The notes below the pieces were generated by a model. It saw only the letters and a list, made by a program, of their open reading frames with translations. It was not told where the DNA came from and did not search any database. Both the position numbers and the translations under genes were made by a program. From the NCBI GenBank assembly GCA_963771355.1, contig CAVYTA010000008.1, forward strand, positions 64,001-128,000: a stretch of 64,000 bases of DNA, written 5' to 3'. Source of the DNA: an uncultured Candidatus Rokubacteria bacterium. GTDB taxonomy: Bacteria > Methylomirabilota > Methylomirabilia > Rokubacteriales > CSP1-6. Numbering within the stretch: position 1 is the stretch's first letter; each line of letters begins with the position of its first letter. This document shows positions 1-9,589 of this stretch, piece by piece.

Positions 1-332
1 AACGGCACGTCGTGGAATCCCTCCACCAGCGCGCGCGTGCTCGGCCCCAGCCCCAGAACGTAGCGGCCGCCCGAGATCTGATGCAAGGTGGCCGCGCTCA
101 TGGCCAGCGTACCCGGTGTGCGCCCCCAGACGGACAGGATGCCGGAGACGAGCGTGATGCGCTGGGTGCGCAGCGCGATCTCGGTGAGCACGAGCGTGGA
201 GTCGAACCCCCAGCCCTCGGGAAGCGAGAAGCTTTCGTAGCCCAGCGAGTCGGCCAGCATGGCCGCGCGGACAATGACATCGCGCCGCGTCTCCATGGGC
301 GTGAGCTGCACGCCGCGTCGCCGAGGGGCCAT
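1..332 (-). CDS. LLM-class flavin-dependent oxidoreductase (partial, runs off window)
   Basis: Manual translation from ATG 332: MAPRRRGVQLTPMETRRDVIVRAAMLADSLGYESFSLPEGWGFDS...LHQISGGRYVLGLGPS, a typical luciferase-like N-terminus; not in the ORF track because it is open-ended. Confidence 0.85.
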   Translation of the reverse strand, partial: MAPRRRGVQLTPMETRRDVIVRAAMLADSLGYESFSLPEGWGFDSTLVLTEIALRTQRITLVSGILSVWGRTPGTLAMSAATLHQISGGRYVLGLGPSTRALVEGFHDVP

Positions 333-370
333 GCGCGCAGGGTAGCAGATCTCGCGTGCTATCATCCCGC

Positions 371-1132
371 ATGCCCGACACGCTCGGATTCCGCATGAAG
401 TTCGGTATCACGACGCCCTCCACCAACACCATCGTCCAGCCCGAGTACGACGACCTGCGGCCGCACGGTGTCACCAATCACCTGGGCCGCATGCACATCC
501 CACCCATGGCGATCCGCACCGCGGCGGACTTCGACGAGTCCATCCGGCTCATCGCCGCCGCGCTCGACGAGGCGGTGGACCGCGTCATGACCTGCGACCC
601 CGGCTATCTCATCCTCGGCATCTCGGCGGTGAGCGTGGCCGGCGGCAGCAAGGCCTCCAGCGACGCCATGCGCGAGCGCATGCGGCAGCGCGCCGGCCGG
701 CACATCGGCGTCTCCCACGCGGGCGACGCGCTGCCCGCGGCGCTGAAGGCCTACGGCCTCGGCCCGGGCGCGCGCATCGCGATGTTCGATCCCTACTTCC
801 CCTCCATCGAGGGGCCGCAGCGCTCGTTCTTCAAGGAGCACGGCTACGAGGTGGTGCGGGTCAAGCACCTCCAGGGCGCGAGCCCCGTGCTCTACGCGCA
901 CACCTCGGTGGCGGAGATGATCGACACCGTGCACGAGATCGACGGCAAGGACGTCGACGTGATCATCCAGTTCGGCGCCAACCTGCCGTTCGCGCGGCTG
1001 GCCGGCGAGGCCGAGCGGTGGCTGCGCAAGCCGGTGATCTCGGTGAACTCCGCCACCTACTGGCATGCCTGCCGCCAGACCGGGATCCTGGACCGGCGCT
1101 ACGACTACAGCCGCCTGTGGAGCGAGTTCTAG
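371..1132 (+). CDS. Asp/Glu racemase superfamily protein (maleate isomerase / arylmalonate decarboxylase-like)
   Basis: KFGITTPSTNTIVQPE and KPVISVNSATYWHACR motifs. Confidence 0.8.
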   Translation: MPDTLGFRMKFGITTPSTNTIVQPEYDDLRPHGVTNHLGRMHIPPMAIRTAADFDESIRLIAAALDEAVDRVMTCDPGYLILGISAVSVAGGSKASSDAMRERMRQRAGRHIGVSHAGDALPAALKAYGLGPGARIAMFDPYFPSIEGPQRSFFKEHGYEVVRVKHLQGASPVLYAHTSVAEMIDTVHEIDGKDVDVIIQFGANLPFARLAGEAERWLRKPVISVNSATYWHACRQTGILDRRYDYSRLWSEF

Positions 1133-1143
1133 GCGGCGCCGCG

Positions 1144-1824
1144 ATGAAGCGGCTCGGCATCCTGCTGCCGTCCTCGGGCACCGTCCAGGAGGTGGATTTC
1201 TACCGCCGCGCCCCCGCCGGCGTGAGCGTGCACTCGGCGCGGATGCGGCTCACGTGCGCCACCGTGGACGACGAGGCGCGCATGCTCGACGCCTACACCA
1301 TGCCCGCGGCGGAGGATCTCGCCACCATCCGGCCGGACGTGGTGGTGTTCTCCTGCACCTCGGCGGGGGCGCTCCGCGGGCGGGCCTTCGATGCGAGCCT
1401 CTGCGCCGACATCGGGCGGGTGACGGGGGCGCCGGTGGTGAGCACGCTCACCGCCGTCGGCGACGCCCTCCGCGGGGCGCGCGCCCGCTCGGTGGCGCTG
1501 GTCACGCCGTATCCCGAGCCCATCACCGCGCTCGTGCGCGCCGGCCTGGAGGCGGAGGGCTTCCTCGTCACCACCGCCGCGGGCCTCGGGCTCGCCGACA
1601 GCCTCGACATTGCCGCCGTGGAGCCTGCGGATATCCAGCGCTTCGTCGTCGAGATTTTCAGGCAGGCGCCGGCTGATGCGGTCTGCCTGGCCTGCTGTAC
1701 CTTCCGCGCCTACGACGCGCGCGAGGCCATCCAGCGGGAGCTCGGCGTGCCGGTGGTGACGAGCAATCAGGCCGCGCTGACCGCCGCCCTGCGGCATCTC
1801 CACCTCGCGCCCGCGGCCGTCTAG
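1144..1824 (+). CDS. Maleate cis-trans isomerase family protein
   Basis: LGILLPSS, FSCTSAG, LACCTF and PVVTSNQA motifs with both catalytic Cys positions. Confidence 0.8.
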   Translation: MKRLGILLPSSGTVQEVDFYRRAPAGVSVHSARMRLTCATVDDEARMLDAYTMPAAEDLATIRPDVVVFSCTSAGALRGRAFDASLCADIGRVTGAPVVSTLTAVGDALRGARARSVALVTPYPEPITALVRAGLEAEGFLVTTAAGLGLADSLDIAAVEPADIQRFVVEIFRQAPADAVCLACCTFRAYDAREAIQRELGVPVVTSNQAALTAALRHLHLAPAAV

Positions 1825-1837
1825 CGGCGGGGCGGCC

Positions 1838-3058
1838 ATGGCCCCCGCGCGGTCGTGGCGGCTGATCGCCGCCATCTGGCTCACCCTGGGCGTGGCCTTC
1901 GGCCTCTACTTCTCCTTCCCCGTCTTCTACGTCGCGCTCCTGGAGGAGTTCGGCTGGTCGCGCGGCGCGGCGGCGGGCGCGTTCTCGCTCTCCGCCATCG
2001 TGCAGGGAGTGCTCTCGCCGCTGGTGGGCGCCCTGGTGGACCGTGTGGGCCCGCGCCGCGTGATGCTCGGCGGCGGGGTGCTCCTCGGCGTGTCGTATCT
2101 GCTCGGGAGCTGGATCACCGCCCTCTGGCACCTCTACCTCGTGACGGGCGTGCTCGCCGCCGCCGGCGCGTGCGCGGTCGGCTGGGTGCCGTGCGCGGCA
2201 TTGCTGTCGCGCTGGTTCGCGCGGCGGCAGGGCAGCGTGATGGGGCTGGCGTTTTCGGGGATGGGGGTGGGCATTCTCGTGCTGGGCCCGCTGGCCCAGT
2301 GGCTGATCACCAATCACGGCTGGCGCCAGGCCTATCTGCTGATCGGCGTGGGCACCGTGGTTGCGCTGGTGCCGCTGGCCTGGTTCGGCATCCGCGATGC
2401 GCCCCCCACGCCGCTCGCCCCCGCCGATGCCGCGCGCGCGGCCCCGCCGGGGCGCGAGGGGCGCGGCGTCCGGCTCAGCGGCGCGCTGGCCACGCGCGCC
2501 TTCTGGGCACTCTTCCTGGCCTATTTCTTCACGCCGCTGGCGGTGTTTCCCGTCGTGACCCACCAGGTGGCCTTCGCGGTGGATCAGGGCTTCCCTCGCC
2601 TCTTCGTGGCCGGCATCTTCGGCCTCACCGGCTTCATGTCGGTGGTGGGCCGCATCGTCTTCGGAGTCGCCGCCGACCGCATCGGCCGCGCGCAGTCGGC
2701 CAGCCTCTCCTACGCGTGCACCGCGCTCGGCACGCTCGCCCTCCTCACGCTCGAGCGCTGGCACCACGCGGCGTCGCTGTACGTCTACGCCCTCCTCTTC
2801 GGCGCCGGCTTCGGGGCGCGCGGGCCCATCATCACCGCCATGGCGTCGGAGCTCTTCCCCGGACGCCAGTTCGGCCGCATCTACGGCGCGCTGAGCCTGG
2901 GTAACGGAATCGGTGGCGCGCTGGGCCCCTGGCTGGGCGGCGCCATCTACGACGTCACCGGCAGCTACCGCGTGGCCTTCCTGCTCGCCTCCGGTTTCTG
3001 CGTCATGGGCGCCGCCTGCTTCTGGGTGGCCGCGCGGTCGCCCGCGCGCGGGGAGTAG
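1838..3058 (+). CDS. MFS transporter
   Basis: About 12 hydrophobic segments; GALVDRVGPRR and AADRIGR motif-A-like loops. Confidence 0.9.
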   Translation: MAPARSWRLIAAIWLTLGVAFGLYFSFPVFYVALLEEFGWSRGAAAGAFSLSAIVQGVLSPLVGALVDRVGPRRVMLGGGVLLGVSYLLGSWITALWHLYLVTGVLAAAGACAVGWVPCAALLSRWFARRQGSVMGLAFSGMGVGILVLGPLAQWLITNHGWRQAYLLIGVGTVVALVPLAWFGIRDAPPTPLAPADAARAAPPGREGRGVRLSGALATRAFWALFLAYFFTPLAVFPVVTHQVAFAVDQGFPRLFVAGIFGLTGFMSVVGRIVFGVAADRIGRAQSASLSYACTALGTLALLTLERWHHAASLYVYALLFGAGFGARGPIITAMASELFPGRQFGRIYGALSLGNGIGGALGPWLGGAIYDVTGSYRVAFLLASGFCVMGAACFWVAARSPARGE

Positions 3059-3639
3059 CCGAGCGCTTCCCGGATCACCCCCACCGCGGACATCCCGAAG
3101 AGCGTGGCGATGGCGAGGCCGATGAGGATGTCCGGCCACGCCGAGCCCGAAAGCCCGACGCCGAGCGCGGCCAGCAGGACCCCGCCGTTGGCGACCACGT
3201 CATTGCGCGAGCAGAGCCAGGCCGACCGCATGTTGATGTCGTCGGTCCGATGGCGCCAGAGCAGCGCGAGCACGGCGGCATTCGCGACGAGCGCGGCGAG
3301 GGCCACGCCCACCATGATCCCCACATCCGGCGTCAAGCCTCGGGCGAGCTTGGCCAGGACCTCCACCGCGATCCCGATGGCGAAGGCGGCCATGATGATG
3401 CCCTTGAGCAGCGCCGCGCGCGTCAGCCAGATGGGGGCGCGGGCGATGACATACAGGCTGAACCCGTACACGATGGCATCGCCGAGCATGTCCATGGAAT
3501 CGGCGAGCAGCGCGGTCGAGTGGGCGAGGAGCCCGGCTAGGACCTCGGCGGTGAACATGACGAGGTTGATCCACAGGACGACGCGGAGCACCCGCCGCTG
3601 CTGGGCGTGAACGGGCCGGACCTCGCAACACTCGTCCAT
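2965..3639 (-). CDS. Cation diffusion facilitator (CDF) family cation transporter
   Basis: STALLADSMDMLGDA and NMRSAWLCSRNDVVAN motifs; N-terminal CC. Confidence 0.85.
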   Translation of the reverse strand: MDECCEVRPVHAQQRRVLRVVLWINLVMFTAEVLAGLLAHSTALLADSMDMLGDAIVYGFSLYVIARAPIWLTRAALLKGIIMAAFAIGIAVEVLAKLARGLTPDVGIMVGVALAALVANAAVLALLWRHRTDDINMRSAWLCSRNDVVANGGVLLAALGVGLSGSAWPDILIGLAIATLFGMSAVGVIREALGYSPRAGDRAATQKQAAPMTQKPEASRKATR

Positions 3640-3680
3640 GCCGGTAGTCTAGCCGAGGCGCGATCGCACGGAGCCGCGGC

Positions 3681-3710
3681 TTGACCCAGCTGCCCCCGCG
3701 CTCCTATTCT
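3681..3710 (+). promoter_or_regulatory. sigma70-like promoter for the dioxygenase
   Basis: TTGACC-N18-TATTCT upstream of ATG 3733. Confidence 0.5.
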
Positions 3711-3732
3711 TGGGCACCTGCCGGGGGTCAAC

Positions 3733-4785
3733 ATGGACTCAAACGCGCTCTCGACTCGTGACGAGAATCTCCCCGCCGACTACTCGGCGGGCCTGGAGCG
3801 CCTCTCCCTCGCGCCGCTCTGGGCCGCGCTCCACCAGCTCCTGCCTCAGGAGCGCATCTCCCGCGTGCGGCCGCATCGCTGGCGGTGGGCCGAGCTGCGG
3901 CCGCAGCTCCTCGACGCCGGTCGGCTCGTGCCGATGGAGCAGGCGGAGCGCCGGGTGCTCGTGCTCTGCAATCCCGGGCTGCCGGGAGCGCTGTCGGCCA
4001 CCGCGACCCTGTACGCGGGCCTCCAGATCATCCTGCCCGGGGAGACGGCGCCCAGCCATCACCACACGCCGGCCGCGCTGCGCCTGGTCGTGGAAGGGCG
4101 CGGGGCCTTCACCACGGTGGAGGGTGTGCGCTGCGAGATGGAGCCGGGCGATCTCATCATCACCCCGCCCATGCGCTGGCACGATCACGGCCACGAGGGC
4201 GGGGAGCCCGTGATCTGGCTGGACGGCCTCGACATCCCGCTGGTGCGCGCCTTCGAGGCCTCGTGGGCATCCAAGATGCGTCCGGCGCAGCCCCCGGGGA
4301 CGGTCACCGACTCCTCGCAGGACGAGTTCACCGCGGCCGGGCTGGTGCCGCGGGGCTCGCGCTATCCGGAGACGGGCTATCCCCAGGTGCGATGGCCCTG
4401 GCGCGACGTGCGCGAGGCGCTCGTGCGCCTGGCCGCCACCGCGCCGCACGAGCAGGCGGTGACGCTACGCTACGTGAATCCCCGCACCGGCGCCCCGCCC
4501 CTGGCCACCATGGGCTGCGAGGCGCTGTGGCTGCGTCCCGGCGAGGCCACACGGGCCGAGCGGCGCACGGGCAGCGGGGTCTTTCACGTGATCGAGGGAC
4601 AGGGTGAGACCCGCGTCGGCGACACCGTCCTCACCTGGGAGCCCGGCGACTGCTTCGCCGTCCCGCCCTGGGAGTGGATCGAGCACCGGAACGGATCCGG
4701 GGCCTCGCCCGCCGCGCTCTTCCACCTCAACGACGAGCCCGCGCTCCGCTCCCTGGGGCTGTGGCAGGAAGAGATCCGCGCCTGA
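3733..4785 (+). CDS. gtdA: Gentisate 1,2-dioxygenase-like bicupin
   Basis: AERRVLVLCNPG, LQIILPGETAPSHHH, WHDHG and WLDGLDIP motifs. Confidence 0.8.
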   Translation: MDSNALSTRDENLPADYSAGLERLSLAPLWAALHQLLPQERISRVRPHRWRWAELRPQLLDAGRLVPMEQAERRVLVLCNPGLPGALSATATLYAGLQIILPGETAPSHHHTPAALRLVVEGRGAFTTVEGVRCEMEPGDLIITPPMRWHDHGHEGGEPVIWLDGLDIPLVRAFEASWASKMRPAQPPGTVTDSSQDEFTAAGLVPRGSRYPETGYPQVRWPWRDVREALVRLAATAPHEQAVTLRYVNPRTGAPPLATMGCEALWLRPGEATRAERRTGSGVFHVIEGQGETRVGDTVLTWEPGDCFAVPPWEWIEHRNGSGASPAALFHLNDEPALRSLGLWQEEIRA

Positions 4786-4792
4786 CGCGCGC

Positions 4793-5203
4793 TCAGCCGC
4801 GCCGGGTCACCGCCAGCGCGCCGCCGCCCAGCAGCACCTGCGCGAGCGTCGCCCCCACGAGCAGCAGCACGTACTCGTAGCCGGCCGGCCGGGGCGTGTT
4901 GTCCACCAGCACCGCCTTGATGAAGTAGCCCTGAGGGAGATGGACGAACACGAGGGCCCCCAGCATCACCACCAGGTTGGCGAGGGCGGCCACCCGGGTC
5001 CAGAGGCCGAGGATCAGCATGATGCCGCCGACGCCGTGCGCCAGGATCGTGAACCAGGCGGCGACCTCGGGGAGCGGGATGCCCATCCGGGCATTCAACT
5101 CGACGGCCCCCGCCGGGCCGTAGACCACGAGGGCCAGATAGGCGTGCATCAGGAAGGTCACGCCGAGGAACAGCCGGAGAACGGTGGCGCCGTATTGGCT
5201 CAA
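4793..5203 (-). CDS. DoxX family membrane protein
   Basis: LRLFLG...HA, LILGLWTRVAA and GYEYVLLL motifs; TTG start after GGAGG, overlapping the upstream stop. Confidence 0.85.
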   Translation of the reverse strand: MSQYGATVLRLFLGVTFLMHAYLALVVYGPAGAVELNARMGIPLPEVAAWFTILAHGVGGIMLILGLWTRVAALANLVVMLGALVFVHLPQGYFIKAVLVDNTPRPAGYEYVLLLVGATLAQVLLGGGALAVTRRG

Positions 5204-6153
5204 GGGGGTCCTCCCGTTAGGTCGCGCGCGGCCGGCAGCCCCGGCAGCCCCGTCGCCGCGCGCACACCACGCAATATCGCCTGGGCCACCGCGCGCGCCG
5301 CCCCCGCCCCGACCATGGCAGGGTCCGCGGCGCGGTCGCCGATCGAGAGACAGAAGAGCGTGTCGCCGTCCGTGGCGAGATGCGGCGGCGACAGCGCCCG
5401 CGCGTAGCCGTCCATGGCCAGCGCGGCCACCCGCGAGGCCTCCACCTTGCCGAGGCGGGCATCGGTGATCACGCAGCCGATGGTCGTGTTCACGGGACGG
5501 AAGACCGGCGGCGGCGTGCCCGCGGCCAGCGCCGCCGCCGTGTCCACCAGGCGTCCGCCGGCGGCGGCATCGCGCGCGCCCGCCACCAGCCGCCCGGTCT
5601 CCGCGTCGCGGACGTCGCCCACCGCGTTCACCGCCATGACGGCGGCGGTGAGGAAGCCCGCCCCCTCCACCACCGCGCACCCGAGGCCCCCGCGCATGGC
5701 CCGCGCGAGGGTGTGGAGCTTGCCCACGGTGGCGCCGGTGCCCGCGCCCACATTGCCCTCCTCGCACGCGCCCGGGCGCGCCGCGCGCGCCGCCGCGTAG
5801 CCCATGGCGCGATCGGGCCGCACGCGGTGATCGCCCACGCCGAGATCGAAGAGGATGGCGCCGGCCACGTGCGGCACCACGGTGCGCGTGACGGGGAATC
5901 CCACGCCGCGCTCCTCCAGATACTGCATGACGCCCCAGATGGCCTCGAGCCCATAGGCGCTGCCGCCCGCCAGCACCACTGCGTCCACGTGGGGGACCAG
6001 GTGGCGCGGGTCGAGGAACTCGAGCCCGTGCACGCCTGCCGCCCAGCCGCGGATCTCGACGCCCCCCACCGCGGGCCGGTCGGGCAGGATGACGGTGCAG
6101 CCGGTGAGCGCCCGGGGATCGGTCGCGTGGCCGACGCGCACCCCGGAGATCAT
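5200..6153 (-). CDS. P1/S58 family peptidase (DmpA-like)
   Basis: GVRVGH, LAGGSAYGL, EGNVGAGTGAT, NTTIG and DGDTLF motifs. Confidence 0.9.
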   Translation of the reverse strand: MISGVRVGHATDPRALTGCTVILPDRPAVGGVEIRGWAAGVHGLEFLDPRHLVPHVDAVVLAGGSAYGLEAIWGVMQYLEERGVGFPVTRTVVPHVAGAILFDLGVGDHRVRPDRAMGYAAARAARPGACEEGNVGAGTGATVGKLHTLARAMRGGLGCAVVEGAGFLTAAVMAVNAVGDVRDAETGRLVAGARDAAAGGRLVDTAAALAAGTPPPVFRPVNTTIGCVITDARLGKVEASRVAALAMDGYARALSPPHLATDGDTLFCLSIGDRAADPAMVGAGAARAVAQAILRGVRAATGLPGLPAARDLTGGPP

Positions 6154-7253
6154 GCGCGCCGCCGGGACGCGGGCGCGCGGCTCACGTCCTCCAGGCGGGC
6201 ACGGCCGAGCGTGACCTCGCTCGCCACCTCGAGCCCGCGCATCACCAGCGCGCGCGCGAAGGGAATGGCCTCGGCCCGCCGCTCCCCGTCGGCCAGCGCG
6301 GCGGCGGTGGCGCGGGCGGCTGCCGCCGACTGCTGCTGATCCGTCGCGTCGAAGACCAGCGCCATCTCGCCCAGCCGCCGGGCCCAGCGCCGGCGCGCCT
6401 CCCCCGTGAACACCTTCGCGATGGCGGCGTCCACGATGGCGGCCTCGCGCTCGGCCTTGATCTGCTCCGAGACCACGAGCCGGCTGTCCCGCGCTTCCAG
6501 CAGCGCGACGGCGTCCTCGCGGAGGGCGGCGGGGTCCGCGAACCAGCCGCCCAGCTCCGGCAGCTCCAGCAGCAATCCGCCGTGCTCGAGCGGCGCCGGA
6601 TCGACGGTCGCCGGCGGCGCGGCGTCGGCGAGCAGGGGATCGGGCGCAGGGCGCGGGGGGAACAGGGCGCGCCAGCGCGCGAACTCGGGCGGGGGCGCGG
6701 TGCGAGCGGCCGCGTGCAGCGCCAGCGCCTCCGCCACGAGGGCCTGGGCGCGCTCGGGCGCGGTGGCCAGCCAGGGCAGCTTCTGCGACTCGCGCAGCGT
6801 GCGCTGCTCGGTCTCGAGCCGCTTGCGGGTGACCGGCCCGCCCGCCGCCTCGAGGATGCCGGCCTCATCATTGAGAATGAGGGAGCAGAGCCGGAGGCCC
6901 CCGCCCAGCCCGCCCTCGAAGACGATCCAGCCCGCGCGCGAGCCCGAGCCGTCGATGCCGGAGAGCCAGGCGGCGGTGGCCCGCTCCGGCTCGCGCCGGA
7001 TGAGGGGGCCGGTGCGCGTCCGCGGCTCGGCGGCCACCCCGGCCTGTTGGAGGCGATAGAGCGCGCGCCGGGCGCTCTTGCGCACGCTCTTGTCCGCCGC
7101 GCCGTCGGCCAGCCGCTGGAGCAGCGGAGCCGCGGCGGCGCCGTGCTGACGGGCCAGCTCGCGTAGCTCCGCCTCGAGGACCTCGGTGGAAACCGCGGCC
7201 AGGTCGGGCAGGGGGCCGCCGGCGAGCGCGGCCTCGAGGACGGGTCGCGTCAC
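6150..7253 (-). CDS. Hypothetical helical protein
   Basis: GTG 7253 overlaps the upstream stop and its own stop overlaps the downstream ATG; no family recognised. Confidence 0.7.
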   Translation of the reverse strand: MTRPVLEAALAGGPLPDLAAVSTEVLEAELRELARQHGAAAAPLLQRLADGAADKSVRKSARRALYRLQQAGVAAEPRTRTGPLIRREPERATAAWLSGIDGSGSRAGWIVFEGGLGGGLRLCSLILNDEAGILEAAGGPVTRKRLETEQRTLRESQKLPWLATAPERAQALVAEALALHAAARTAPPPEFARWRALFPPRPAPDPLLADAAPPATVDPAPLEHGGLLLELPELGGWFADPAALREDAVALLEARDSRLVVSEQIKAEREAAIVDAAIAKVFTGEARRRWARRLGEMALVFDATDQQQSAAAARATAAALADGERRAEAIPFARALVMRGLEVASEVTLGRARLEDVSRAPASRRRA

Positions 7254-7774
7254 GGCGTGGCGAGCCCGCGCCACGGCAGCGGCGTGTCGCGGAAGTACAC
7301 TTTTCGAATGTAGGTCAAGGCTCCGGCATAGCGCTCGAATCCGGCGGCGAGGCGGGCGAACAGCGGCGCGTCGGGCTCGGCCTCGGCGCGGCCGAGCTCG
7401 GCGAGGAATCGATACGCGCGCCGGCCCTCCGTCTCGTAGTAGTCCACCACCGCGAGCCGCTCGACGTGCTCGCGAAAGAGCCCGGTCATGAAGAGCGTGT
7501 AGTCGCCGATGTGGCGGCGCACCGCGCGCTCCTTGGCGGGATCGAACCGCGGGCCCTCCCACTCCCAGACCCGCTGGATCTCCAGGAGGGCGTCCACCAC
7601 GGTGGGCAGCCGCCGGCCGGGCAGGACGTCGATGGCGGCCAGCGCCTCGGCGCGGGCGAAGCGCGTGAGAAGGTCGGTGATGTAGTCCTCGGCGCGCGCG
7701 TCGTTCAGCGTCAGATCGCCGAACGCGCTCCGCGTCACGCGCGCGAAGAAGCGGGGGAGCAATCCGGGCTCCAC
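7250..7774 (-). CDS. Conserved-looking hypothetical protein
   Basis: RRHIGDYTLFMTGLF...YYETEGRRAY segment; GTG 7 nt after TAGACT. Confidence 0.7.
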   Translation of the reverse strand: MEPGLLPRFFARVTRSAFGDLTLNDARAEDYITDLLTRFARAEALAAIDVLPGRRLPTVVDALLEIQRVWEWEGPRFDPAKERAVRRHIGDYTLFMTGLFREHVERLAVVDYYETEGRRAYRFLAELGRAEAEPDAPLFARLAAGFERYAGALTYIRKVYFRDTPLPWRGLATP

Positions 7775-7832
7775 GTCTCCGAGTCTAGCAGACCCCTGGC
7801 CGACCGTTCCCGGCAGTGCTAGACTCCGCGCC

Positions 7833-8213
7833 ATGGTTTTGCGGGGCGGTGACCGGATGGACGAGGCGGAGCTGGATCTGCGTGAGCCGGAGCTCATCCG
7901 CCCCCGCCGGCCCTGGGCCCTCATCGTCGCCGCGCTGCTCCTGGTGGTGCTGGTGGCGGTGCTCTGGGCCAAGTGGAGCGAGAGCCGCGGGGACGTGGAG
8001 CGCCTCCGTGCCGAGCTGAAGACGGTCTATGCCGAGACGGAGTCGCTGCGCACCCAGGCGGCCCAGGCGCAGCAGCGCGTCGCCCTCCTCGAGAAGCAGG
8101 TGCAGTCGATCCGGAACGAGCGGGACGAGGCCAATGGCCGGGCCGTGACCAAGCCCGCGGCGAAGGCGCCCGCGAAGCCCACCAGCAAGAGCGGCAAGTC
8201 GACCACCCGATAG
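7833..8213 (+). CDS. Single-TM coiled-coil hypothetical protein
   Basis: One hydrophobic helix, then a heptad-like stretch and a Lys/Pro/Ala tail. Confidence 0.7.
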   Translation: MVLRGGDRMDEAELDLREPELIRPRRPWALIVAALLLVVLVAVLWAKWSESRGDVERLRAELKTVYAETESLRTQAAQAQQRVALLEKQVQSIRNERDEANGRAVTKPAAKAPAKPTSKSGKSTTR

Positions 8214-8270
8214 CGTCGCGGTGTGGGATGCCGGCGGTGTCCCTCGCGCGAGGGGCGGGGACCGGCGCGC

Positions 8271-9545
8271 ATGGCCGGTAGCGGGTGGCGTCGCCGGCCC
8301 GGCGTCATCCTGGGCGCGCTCACCGCGCTCAACGGCCTGAACTACCTCGATCGTTACGTCGCTGCCGCCACCCTCACCCTCATCCTCGCCGACCTCAAGA
8401 TCTCGGACTCGCAGGGCGGTCTGCTCCAGTCCATGTTCATCGTGACGTACGCGCTGGCCTGTCCGGCGGCGGGCTGGCTGGGGGATCGCGGGAGCCGCAT
8501 GCGGCTGGCCGCGGCGGGGATCTTCATCTGGAGCCTCGCCACCGTGGGCTCGGGCCTCGCCACTTCCTACGCACTGCTGCTCCTGGCGCGGGCGGTGACG
8601 GGCATCGGCGAGGCGGGCTATGGTGTGGTGACGCCGGCGCTGCTGTCGGATTGCTATCCCCCGGCAAGACGAGCGGCCGTGCTCGGCATCTTCTACGCCG
8701 CCATCCCGGTGGGCAGCGCGCTGGGCTACATCGTGGGCGGCGTGGTGGGCGAGGCGTACGGCTGGCGGACGGCATTCTTCGTGGCCGGCGCGCCCGGCGT
8801 GGCGCTGGCCTTCCTCCTCCTGCTGCTGGTGGAGCCCGCACGTGGCACCCTCGACGCCGCTCCCGCGGCCGGGCCCGTGCCGGATGCCTCCGTGCGCTCG
8901 CTTCTGCGCCGGAAGAGCTACGTCGTGAACACCGCCGCGCAGATCATCTACACCTTCGCGATGGGCGGGCTCGCCACCTGGGCGCCCGCCTACTTCGTGC
9001 GCGAGCGCGGCATCCCGCTGGCGATGGCCACCACCACCTTCGGCGGCCTTCTCGTGGTGGCGGGCTTCCTGGGCACGCTCATCGGCGGCCGGGTGGCCCA
9101 GCGGCTGGCGCGCCGCTCACCCGGCGCGGACTTCGTGCTGTCGGGCTGGTCGCTCACCGCCTCCATCGTCTTCACCCTGTTCGCCATCCTCTCGCCGGAG
9201 CCGCTGGTATTCTGGCCCGCCATGTTCGTCATGCTCCTCTTGCTCTTCATCAATATCGGGCCGCTCAATGCGGCGATGGCGAACGTGCTGCCCGCCGCGC
9301 TGCGCGCGCGCGGCTTCGCCCTCACCACCATGCTCATGCATCTCCTCGGCGACGCGGTGTCGCCCTGGCTGATCGGGGTGGCCTCGGATTCGGTGGGGCT
9401 CAAGCTCCCGGTGCTGATCACCGGGTGCCTGCTCTCCCTGTCGGGCGTGGTGCTCCTCCTCGGGCGCCACACTTTGGTGCGGGACCTTCAGGACATGGGG
9501 GCCACGCCGGGCGCGGCGCCGCCGCCGATGGGCGGGCATCACTGA
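8271..9545 (+). CDS. MFS transporter, spinster-like
   Basis: LNYLDRY, GWLGDRGSR and GIGEAGY motifs. Confidence 0.88.
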   Translation: MAGSGWRRRPGVILGALTALNGLNYLDRYVAAATLTLILADLKISDSQGGLLQSMFIVTYALACPAAGWLGDRGSRMRLAAAGIFIWSLATVGSGLATSYALLLLARAVTGIGEAGYGVVTPALLSDCYPPARRAAVLGIFYAAIPVGSALGYIVGGVVGEAYGWRTAFFVAGAPGVALAFLLLLLVEPARGTLDAAPAAGPVPDASVRSLLRRKSYVVNTAAQIIYTFAMGGLATWAPAYFVRERGIPLAMATTTFGGLLVVAGFLGTLIGGRVAQRLARRSPGADFVLSGWSLTASIVFTLFAILSPEPLVFWPAMFVMLLLLFINIGPLNAAMANVLPAALRARGFALTTMLMHLLGDAVSPWLIGVASDSVGLKLPVLITGCLLSLSGVVLLLGRHTLVRDLQDMGATPGAAPPPMGGHH

Positions 9546-9589
9546 GGGGGGAGCTCCAGGGGCGCTCGGCGGACGATGGCACGCCGGGC

